Virus record (IMG/VR): IMGVR_UViG_3300031578_000010
Coordinates: 69,428-90,431 of that record
Source: a virus
DNA: 21,004 nt
Reading direction: 5' to 3' (one strand)
Positions 1 to 6,464 of this stretch are shown here, one piece after another; position 1 is the stretch's first letter; every line of letters begins with the position of its first letter. Below the pieces are notes generated by a model. It saw nothing but the letters and a program-made list of their open reading frames with translations. It had not been told where the DNA came from and did not search any database. A program made the translations under genes and the position numbers.

Positions 1-12
1 CGAAATGCTAAT

Positions 13-42
13 AACCCGGCTGCAATTTCTCACAGCCGGATT
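13..42 (-). repeat. Conserved intergenic hairpin, copy 1 (13-bp stem, GAAA tetraloop on the minus strand)
   Basis: Minus strand AATCCGGCTGTGA-GAAA-TTGCAGCCGGGTT pairs fully only with G-U wobbles. It shares the loop and the 3' flank GGGTTATTAG with 322-353. Confidence 0.75.
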
Positions 43-47
43 GATAA

Positions 48-263
48 TTAAAAACCTGGAACCCTCATCGCCTTCTGTTCCGTCGCCGAAAATACAAGGC
101 GATATTCACACCAATCCTCGCCAGGATCAAGGAATGAAGAACCGAGTATTTCCAGGCATTCCGCCCTGTTGATCTCCTCGTCGGAGAAAAAGTCCTTGGC
201 TGGCCCCCACAGGGCCCCTTTTATTTTCGCCTTGTCCTTGATGGTTTCGATTAAATGTGGCAT
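48..263 (-). CDS. Small hypothetical phage protein (71 aa, MPHLIE...), early-region orphan
   Basis: ORF 48..278. The ATG at 263 is preceded by the SD-like GGAAGGAATATTC shared with neighbouring genes. Confidence 0.75.
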   Translation of the reverse strand: MPHLIETIKDKAKIKGALWGPAKDFFSDEEINRAECLEILGSSFLDPGEDWCEYRLVFSATEQKAMRVPGF

Positions 264-321
264 GAATATTCCTTCCAATATATTTTGATATTACCTTGCA
301 ACGCACAAGGCAATTAACTAA

Positions 322-353
322 TAACCCGAGGGCAATTTCTCGCCCTCGGGTTA
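322..353 (-). repeat. Conserved intergenic hairpin, copy 2 (14-bp stem, GAAA tetraloop)
   Basis: Minus strand TAACCCGAGGGCGA-GAAA-TTGCCCTCGGGTTA, just downstream of the stop of 367..825. Confidence 0.8.
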
Positions 354-366
354 ATGGGTTAATGGG

Positions 367-825
367 TTACTTATTCCCCTTGCTCCCCTTGCCCGCCAGC
401 CGTTTGATGATCCGGATTACGTTCTGGATTCCGTTCCGAACGGAATCCTTCTCCGCGCAAAGGGCGTGGACGCGACTCTCCAGGCGGGCGATCTCGCTTT
501 CGATTTCCAGGTTCGCCGCCTCCAGTTTTTTCAGGGCGTCCGTCAGGCGATCGGCGGCCCTTCCGTGCAGGCGCATCGGCAAAGTTGCGATTTTCTTTTC
601 CTTACGTGGGATCTTTTCCCTTTTCACCACCATGTTCGCCGGATCCTCCATCACCCGCAGTTTCCCGAACTTCTTTTCGTCCCGGTAGTCGGCGTACAGG
701 TCGAGGGCGTCTGCCCTGTGCCCCTCCTCGTTCAGTTGCAGGATCATCCTCCGCAACTGCCGCCTCTCCTTCTTCTCCACCAAGGTGCGATCCTTCTGGT
801 TCTGGTTTGTCTTTTCCTTTTTCAT
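367..825 (-). CDS. Hypothetical basic, coiled-coil protein (152 aa)
   Basis: SD GAAAGGGAATACCG before the ATG. Heptad-like C-terminal helix (LKKLEAANLEIESEIARLESRVHAL). Same strand as all neighbours. Confidence 0.8.
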   Translation of the reverse strand: MKKEKTNQNQKDRTLVEKKERRQLRRMILQLNEEGHRADALDLYADYRDEKKFGKLRVMEDPANMVVKREKIPRKEKKIATLPMRLHGRAADRLTDALKKLEAANLEIESEIARLESRVHALCAEKDSVRNGIQNVIRIIKRLAGKGSKGNK

Positions 826-898
826 CGGTATTCCCTTTCAGTATAGGGTTCCTATATTTCTTTCCTGCGCAACTCACGCAAGAATTAATCGTTCTCTT

Positions 899-1120
899 TC
901 AATGTTTTTGCTTTGTTGGACGATTCGGATTTGCTTGCCCGCTTGGAAGTCGATGATTTATCGTCTCCCCAATACATTTTTTGCACAAATGCCCCAACCG
1001 CCCCATATCTTTTTTAGTAAAATATATATAAGTTTTTAATTCTCCACTTATCGGCGACCTACAACGATGGCAGGTTGTATCGTCGCAGACTAAATAACTT
1101 TCCTTAAAACGGTTTCTCAT
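899..1120 (-). CDS. Small putative zinc-finger protein (73 aa)
   Basis: CHRC...HLCKKC (two CxxC pairs). SD AAAGGA before the ATG. Confidence 0.7.
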   Translation of the reverse strand: MRNRFKESYLVCDDTTCHRCRSPISGELKTYIYFTKKDMGRLGHLCKKCIGETINHRLPSGQANPNRPTKQKH

Positions 1121-1134
1121 TTGATATCCTTTAA

Positions 1135-1317
1135 TTATTCTGTTTCCTCCGCTTCTTTATCTCCAGTTTCGTCGTACTCCGCCAATTCCCGCCGATTCCT
1201 TTCGAGCATCCGGTTTATGCGCGTCTGATATTCCTTCCAGGTAAAGGATTTCATCCCCATCCGCTCGCGCTTAGCGTTTGTTTCTCTCCACAGAGATTTA
1301 TAATATTCTTTATCCAT
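1135..1317 (-). CDS. Small hypothetical protein (60 aa, MDKEYYK...) with acidic C-terminus
   Basis: ORF 1135..1350. The internal ATG at 1317 has TTGAAAGGAAATATC upstream. Confidence 0.72.
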   Translation of the reverse strand: MDKEYYKSLWRETNAKRERMGMKSFTWKEYQTRINRMLERNRRELAEYDETGDKEAEETE

Positions 1318-1355
1318 GATATTTCCTTTCAATACCAATGTCAATGCCACATTAA

Positions 1356-1634
1356 TTATTCGAACTGGCTGAACGTTGCAAGGTTACTAACGTGCAAGGC
1401 GGCATTAAAGGTATCTCTCGCAACTTGCTCGGCCAATCTCAAAATATAGCCAGCGTATTTACTCGCCGCCTGCAAGTCTGTTTTCTGCATCGCTAAAAGT
1501 ATCTCGTTGAATTCCGCTATTGCTTCCAGTTTGCAGGCATTTAGTGCTGCCTGAAACGCTTCTCGCCTTGAATTATCGGCGGCATCCCTTGCCTGAAAGC
1601 TCTGGTAACGAAATTTTTCGCTTACCTTTGACAT
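1356..1634 (-). CDS. Hypothetical Ala-rich helical protein (92 aa, MSKVSEK...)
   Basis: ORF 1356..1709. The ATG at 1634 has TTGAAAGGAAATACC upstream, and the longer start lies inside a hairpin. Confidence 0.75.
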   Translation of the reverse strand: MSKVSEKFRYQSFQARDAADNSRREAFQAALNACKLEAIAEFNEILLAMQKTDLQAASKYAGYILRLAEQVARDTFNAALHVSNLATFSQFE

Positions 1635-1687
1635 GGTATTTCCTTTCAAATGTATGGGTTTGAATGTCCGGGCTTGGTTTATTCTGA

Positions 1688-1719
1688 TAGGGCATGGATA
1701 ATTCTTCACCCATGCCCTA
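1688..1719 (-). repeat. Conserved intergenic hairpin, copy 3 (14-bp stem, AGAA loop)
   Basis: Minus strand TAGGGCATGGGTGA-AGAA-TTATCCATGCCCTA. Same stem length and GYGA/TTRY top as copies 1 and 2. Confidence 0.7.
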
Positions 1720-1720
1720 A

Positions 1721-2392
1721 TATCTTAAACTTACGTTTCCCGCCATTTGTCCGGCAACCTCACGGTTGTTAACCAAAGAATAAGCGCTCTTTATTTCCGC
1801 TTTTATTTTGGCGAATTGCGTCAGCAACGCCAAAAGCGGAATATATTTTTAGCATTATTATTGGGCGGGCAGAAAACGGGTTGAAACTCGGCGTTTCCGG
1901 TTACTGGATATTCCAGCCCTCCCGGCTAACCCATAGGTTAGGCTTCCGGTTTTTGGTTCAAATACGGGAACCGAAAAACCCTAAAGGGCGTGGCATTAGG
2001 CGGGCGTTTTTGGTAGGCGAAATATAAACAACCATGAACCGCTTGTATTGCAAGCATGTTTCTTTCGCGCTTTCGCGTTTTCGATCTGAGGTAGAAACAT
2101 TCTTTCCTGCAAACTCGCGGTCCGGCTGGCTGGGAATATTTGCCATCGCCGGCGTCCACCTCTCTCCCCTTGTATTCGCGTTGCGGTCCGTTATTCCTCG
2201 CGTTCCTGTCCTGGCAGGCTCCAGGTTGCGCTCAGGCGTTACCTCGCGGCGGATCTCCCGGCGTTACAAGTTTCGCAAGTCGCGTCGCCCCCGTATTTGG
2301 GTTTGAGGCTCGTCCTTAATTCCTGTAACTGCCTCCCGGGCTAATCCGGTTTCGCGTTTCCGCAACCAAGTGTCAAAGATCAGGTTTCCCTA
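1721..2392 (-). ncRNA. Candidate large structured non-coding RNA or 5' leader (~670 nt)
   Basis: No credible CDS. It lies immediately downstream of the promoter motif at 2391-2430 and contains more than 10 hairpins, several GNRA tetraloops on the minus strand and one long-range helix (2266-2279 with 2106-2118). Boundaries are approximate. Confidence 0.6.
2371..2392 (-). promoter_or_regulatory. boxB-like hairpin plus boxA-like antitermination site
   Basis: Minus strand TAGG-GAAA-CCTG runs directly into GATCTTTGACA, which resembles rrn boxA (E. coli TGCTCTTTAACA). It sits at the predicted transcript 5' end. Confidence 0.6.
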
Positions 2393-2430
2393 CCTCTATA
2401 TACGCTATATCAGGGAAAAGTTAACAAAAA
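2391..2430 (-). promoter_or_regulatory. Putative promoter, copy 1: TTTTTGTTAA-N15-GCGTATATAnAGGTA
   Basis: The same bipartite motif with identical spacing occurs at 5960-5999. Both copies are at the head of a gene module. Confidence 0.7.
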
Positions 2431-2583
2431 TCTTCAGGAAATTTTTCAGGTTTTCCCTAAGTCCTTATTACTTATAGATTTAGGTAAGAAAAAAATCTTC
2501 ATTTTTCTTTGGTACATCCCTTGGATCTCCCCCATATTTCCAGAAAGCGCAGGCTCCGGGGCGCCGGCGACGCCGTATGAAAC

Positions 2584-3642
2584 CTATCCAGAACCAGAAC
2601 ATGCCGAAAACGCTTCAAAATCTACCCGCTTTATTCCCGTTTTTGCATTTTTCCATTCCTGCAAAGTACAAAGACATGGATCGGCGCCAACGGGCATTTC
2701 CACGCGATAAACGGCGACTTCTGGAAACAACATTTCAATAGCCCGCCTATATCCTTTTTCTCCGCCAGTATCGTTATCGTAGGCAAAAATAACAGAATCA
2801 AAATTCTCAGTAATTAATTCTGCCTGCCTTTCGGATAAAGAAGTAGAAAAGCTTGAAACTGCCTTATCTCCAAAATCTCTTATTCTTAAAGCATCCCATA
2901 TTCCTTCGGCTATAAAAACTTTCCTCGTTTTATCTATTACTCTATCCAAACCAAAAAGATAATTACCTATTTTTGAACCTTTCGGAAATTTCTTATCTGA
3001 ATTATCCCTATAATTCTGTGCAAAGAATGTTTTCCAATTTCCTCTCTCATCTTTTATAGGCACTATAATTCTTTTCTTTCCTCTAAATCTAGCCATACCA
3101 ATAGAATATTCCCTTATTATATCAAATACCTTAGCAGAAGAGAAATTCCTTTGATTATCTGTTATAAGATACTTTGCTATTAAAAGATCATCCCTCCACA
3201 TTTGAGGAATAAAATCGTTCTCTTCTTCTAATTCCTGTTCTTCCTCTTTCTTATTTTCATCTAAATCCTCAAATTCTCTATCGAGATTCCTTTCAGAATA
3301 AATTTCTCCTCCAGAACTAAAATCCTTCAGAAAAGAAAGAACATCATTAAAAGTACATTTCTCCATCGTAATAATAAAATCAGCAACGCTTCCTTTCCCA
3401 CATTTATAACACTTAAACCACCCATTCCAGGAACTTCCAGGTTCACTAATCATTCCGAAAGATGGTTCGTTGTCCGGCCCACCATGAGAAGGCAGCGGGC
3501 ATGACCCGTTTAAATATCTTCCATTCTTATACAGGTTTCTAACCTTATAATGCTTTAATAAATCTTCAACATTCAGCCCTTCTTTCAACGACTTAAAATA
3601 AGCTTGTTGCTCGCTTTGTTTTCTCCTTGATCTTTTTTCCAT
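2584..3642 (-). CDS. dnaG: DNA primase, DnaG-like (CHC2 zinc finger plus TOPRIM)
   Basis: CPLPSH...EPSF...FKCYKCG zinc-binding domain. TOPRIM motifs IAEGIWDAL and YDNDTGGE. Confidence 0.92.
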   Translation of the reverse strand: MEKRSRRKQSEQQAYFKSLKEGLNVEDLLKHYKVRNLYKNGRYLNGSCPLPSHGGPDNEPSFGMISEPGSSWNGWFKCYKCGKGSVADFIITMEKCTFNDVLSFLKDFSSGGEIYSERNLDREFEDLDENKKEEEQELEEENDFIPQMWRDDLLIAKYLITDNQRNFSSAKVFDIIREYSIGMARFRGKKRIIVPIKDERGNWKTFFAQNYRDNSDKKFPKGSKIGNYLFGLDRVIDKTRKVFIAEGIWDALRIRDFGDKAVSSFSTSLSERQAELITENFDSVIFAYDNDTGGEKGYRRAIEMLFPEVAVYRVEMPVGADPCLCTLQEWKNAKTGIKRVDFEAFSACSGSG

Positions 3643-4222
3643 TAAGAAACTCTCCTATTCTTTTCCAATCTTTCTTGGCCTTATTTTTATAATTCTCCTG
3701 CCTTATAACTGCCGATGGATGATAACTAATAAATAACTTAGCAGAGAAAGAACTCTGGTAATTATATTCTCTTAATCCTCTATTCTGCCCAACTCCATGT
3801 TTACTTATTAAAGCAAATATAGCTGTATCGCCAAGAGCTATAATAAGTTTCGGTTTTAAAATATGAAGTGTCATCATTAACCTTGGCGCACACTTAATAA
3901 TTTCTTCTTCTCCAGGTTTATTAAATCCCCCACTTTCATTCCTTCCAGGATAGCAAAGAGAGACATTACAGATAAAAGTATCATTTCTTTCAAGGCTGGC
4001 TATCCTCATTAATTTATCTAATATCTTTCCAGCCCTACCAATAAAAGGATTACCTTTTCTATCTTCATCCGGCCCTGGCGCCTCTCCAATAATAACAATT
4101 CTTTTTCTAAATCCTCCTCTTCCAAATACTAATTTATTCCGCATAAGATGAAAAGGGCATTTCTGACAATTCTGATATTCCTTTCTTAATTTCTTTAACA
4201 ATTTAATCTTCTTCGGCTTCAT
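3593..4222 (-). CDS. Uracil-DNA glycosylase family 4 (Fe-S cluster type, SPO1 DNA polymerase N-terminal-related)
   Basis: CQKC...VFGRG...IIGEAPGPDED...PFIGRAG...NVSLCYP...C...YHPSA. ATG 4222 (MKPKK) is preferred over the ORF-track start at 4336. Confidence 0.92.
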   Translation of the reverse strand: MKPKKIKLLKKLRKEYQNCQKCPFHLMRNKLVFGRGGFRKRIVIIGEAPGPDEDRKGNPFIGRAGKILDKLMRIASLERNDTFICNVSLCYPGRNESGGFNKPGEEEIIKCAPRLMMTLHILKPKLIIALGDTAIFALISKHGVGQNRGLREYNYQSSFSAKLFISYHPSAVIRQENYKNKAKKDWKRIGEFLNGKKIKEKTKRATSLF

Positions 4223-4351
4223 TTTATTCCCGTTAAATGAATCGACATAGACAACTTCGCTATAACCTTCTACTATCGTAGAGTTGTTTAGCTTATGTCT
4301 AAGTAAACGTCTGAAGAAGAATAAATAGCCAGACAACGAAGAAGATAGATA

Positions 4352-4387
4352 ACTAAGAACACTAAGAACACTAAAAACACTACAATC
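4352..4387. repeat. 9-bp tandem repeats (ACTAAGAAC x2, ACTAAAAAC, ACTACAATC) in a candidate replication origin
   Basis: Directly visible, in the ~320-bp gap between helicase and UDG. The inverted repeat TAGAAGG-N5-CCTTCTA is adjacent at 4395-4413. Confidence 0.7.
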
Positions 4388-4545
4388 TGCTAAATAGAAG
4401 GAGACACCTTCTACGTCTGACTGTTCTTAACTACAAATAGGACTGTTTCTAATTAGCCCTTGTGACGTAGGCACGTAGCCTATATATTCGTGGGCGCGTA
4501 TACTTAGGGCGAGTATTTAAAGATCATATCTCAAGTAAGTTGATA

Positions 4546-5910
4546 TTATCTATCTTTCTTCTTTGTCTTATATAGCCTTTTCACTCTTGGATCATGGAGC
4601 CTAATTAAATTAAAATTAGGTATTATCTCAATAAATTCTCTTGTTTTCCCTTCTCTGATTTTCAGGAACTGAATCTTAGCGCGTGGCGGCATTCTCATTT
4701 TCATAGCCTTTGTCTGAATAATGGCAAACAAACAGTCCGCCCATTGTGATAAAGCCTGTTTAGAAATAGCGATATCTTTAATTTCAATTTCGCTTTTCCC
4801 TTCTGCTTCTGGTTTTAACTGGCCGGCAGAAATAATAGGAATCTTTCTTTTCAAGGCGAGGTTTTTAGTTTCTCTTACAATTTGCGCTTGTGGTTGGGCG
4901 TCGGCCGCATATTCTCTATTAGTTAGAACATTTGGAACCATATTCTGGATATAATCAATAAAAAGAACAGTTGGCTTAAAATTAATTTCTTTTAATTTGG
5001 CGTCTATAGCGGCGGCAGAGCAATTATCGTGCATTCCTAATATTTTAATGCGATTCTTACTTAATTCTTTCATACTTGTCTTCCATTTTAATAAATCAAC
5101 TCTTCGCATATTAGGCGGGCGCCTGAATTTTCCATAGCGTATCTCTGCTAGCCTTGCGTCCATTCTATAGGCAGTTTGTGTCGCTGTCATTTCGTTAGTC
5201 ACGTAAGCTATACGTTCATTTTCTTCGATCGCCATATAAACTGTCTGATCTTGCATACAAATAGATTTGCCGCCAGACGTCTGAGAAACAAAAATAATAA
5301 GATCGCCAGGGCAATAACCACAAGTTTGTTCATCAAATCTATCATCTATCCCGGAACTAATGCCACGTACAAATTCTCCCTTCTTTTTCAAATATAAAAT
5401 ATGTTTATACCTTTCTCTAAAATCTTTTCTTAAATCTAATACTTCAACATCATGTTGTTCTCTTGACTGATTTGCAGATATTTCGTCATTAATAAAATCT
5501 CTAACAATAAAAGGATTACCAGTATCTTTAAATATATCCTTGGCATTAACTAATAATTTCTGGATATTTCTGCTGTGTTCGCAAAGAACTAATTCTTCTA
5601 TAATATAATCTAATAATTTAATAGAAATTTCAGAAGAAGCTAATTTCTTTATCATTCTTTTTAATTTTTTACGTGATGCATTATCTATATCAATTTCTTC
5701 TGATTTATTTAATGCCACTTCAGGACTTATAGGAGCAAAGTATTTTCCATAATAATCGCGAATTAAAATAAATAAATGGCGAGTTATAGGCGTTGTAAAA
5801 GTAGTAGGGACAACTTTCTGCAATAGATCATATTTATTTATCCTTCTGGTTTTAAGCATAATTGCAAGGAAAGCTTTTTCTTTTTCGATGTCGCGATATT
5901 TAATTGGCAT
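4546..5910 (-). CDS. dnaB: Replicative DNA helicase, DnaB-like (SF4)
   Basis: Walker A SQTSGGKS, VTNEM, Walker B FIDYIQ, AGQL, KIREG. ATG 5910 has AAGGA 7 nt upstream; GTG 5940 is an alternative start. Confidence 0.92.
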   Translation of the reverse strand: MPIKYRDIEKEKAFLAIMLKTRRINKYDLLQKVVPTTFTTPITRHLFILIRDYYGKYFAPISPEVALNKSEEIDIDNASRKKLKRMIKKLASSEISIKLLDYIIEELVLCEHSRNIQKLLVNAKDIFKDTGNPFIVRDFINDEISANQSREQHDVEVLDLRKDFRERYKHILYLKKKGEFVRGISSGIDDRFDEQTCGYCPGDLIIFVSQTSGGKSICMQDQTVYMAIEENERIAYVTNEMTATQTAYRMDARLAEIRYGKFRRPPNMRRVDLLKWKTSMKELSKNRIKILGMHDNCSAAAIDAKLKEINFKPTVLFIDYIQNMVPNVLTNREYAADAQPQAQIVRETKNLALKRKIPIISAGQLKPEAEGKSEIEIKDIAISKQALSQWADCLFAIIQTKAMKMRMPPRAKIQFLKIREGKTREFIEIIPNFNLIRLHDPRVKRLYKTKKKDR

Positions 5911-5959
5911 AAAGAATTCCTTTATTACGTCTTTCTCCACTCCTCCCCATAAGAGCCCA

Positions 5960-5999
5960 TACCTATATATACGCGAATTTCCCGAAGTTTTAACAAAAA
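5960..5999 (-). promoter_or_regulatory. Putative promoter, copy 2, upstream of the replication module
   Basis: Minus strand TTTTTGTTAA-AACTTCGGGAAATTC-GCGTATATATAGGTA matches 2391-2430 in both conserved blocks and in spacer length. Confidence 0.7.
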
Positions 6000-6036
6000 A
6001 ATAACCCCTTTTAAGCCTTGATGGCTAAAGGGGTTA
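5995..6036 (-). terminator. Intrinsic terminator after the 98-aa holin-like gene
   Basis: Stem TAACCCCTTT/AAAGGGGTTA with inner AGCC/GGCT, followed on the minus strand by a T-run that overlaps the promoter's upstream block. Confidence 0.75.
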
Positions 6037-6078
6037 CATTAAGGGGTTCCCTCAGATTTGCGGTCGCGGGTTCCCTCC

Positions 6079-6375
6079 TTATTTATTCAGATTGAACTTC
6101 TCCAAATAATCAGAAAGCGGTTTCTGCACTTCTGCCCCGACTGCCTTGATATCGATTAATTCTGTCAAGGCTTTAGAAGCGGGTTTGTTTTCTCCTTTAA
6201 AGGCCTCGACAGAAGAGGCAAGGATATGTATTACATCTTCTGCGTCCTGTGCCTTTTCCCTGCTGATCGTTCCCTTGCGGACCAGAATACCGATGATGGT
6301 CAGAAGTATAGGCGTTAAAATAGCGATGATTGTCGCTATATCCTGAAGAGTTGACATCAAGTTTAAGAGTACCAT
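6079..6375 (-). CDS. Putative holin-like membrane protein (98 aa, single N-terminal TM helix)
   Basis: Hydrophobic IATIIAILTPILLTIIGILV followed by RK. Strong SD AGGAGG. Located at the end of the late module. The function is inferred. Confidence 0.65.
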   Translation of the reverse strand: MVLLNLMSTLQDIATIIAILTPILLTIIGILVRKGTISREKAQDAEDVIHILASSVEAFKGENKPASKALTELIDIKAVGAEVQKPLSDYLEKFNLNK

Positions 6376-6414
6376 TTCAAACCTCCTAATTATTTAGGTC
6401 TTTGGTCAAGTCGT

Positions 6415-6464
6415 AAAAAAACGGGGATTTTCCCCTAAAAAATAGGGGTTTTATCCCCGTTTTT
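6415..6464. terminator. Intrinsic, possibly bidirectional terminator
   Basis: AAAAACGGGGAT...CCCCTA...TAGGGG...ATCCCCGTTTTT long hairpin with A/T runs on both sides. Confidence 0.75.

Noticed and set aside
322-369. TAAC...GTTA-bounded hairpin after a stop codon as an integron attC site; 8-bp tandem GGGTTAAT at 348-369
   Set aside because: Only about 32 bp, lacks proper RYYYAAC/GTTRRRY and L boxes, and no integrase is visible. The tandem looks like local slippage.
296-1039. Overlapping ORFs 296..688+, 466..846+, 585..956+, 785..1039+ and 602..877-
   Set aside because: Shadow frames of the GC-rich 367..825 and 899..1120 genes, with no SD and non-protein-like composition.
13-1719. CRISPR array or mini-array
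   Set aside because: The repeats are conserved in structure rather than sequence and are separated by whole genes, not 30-40 nt spacers.
1938-2306. ORFs 1938..2159-, 1958..2146- and 2034..2306+ as genes
   Set aside because: They are mutually overlapping, R/P/S-rich, lack the start-associated motif of the real early genes, and coincide with dense hairpins. A weak SD before GTG 2159 means 1938..2159 cannot be fully excluded.
1721-2392. tRNA, tmRNA, RNase P, group I/II intron or DGR template repeat
   Set aside because: No T-loop GTTCRA, RNase P GAGGAAAGUCC or intron domain V was seen. The region is AAC-rich in part, but I found no matching variable repeat and no reverse transcriptase in the window.
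4223-4336. 38-aa N-terminal extension of UDG
   Set aside because: It starts at TTG with no clear SD and lies in repeat-rich origin-like DNA. The family-4 domain begins after ATG 4222.
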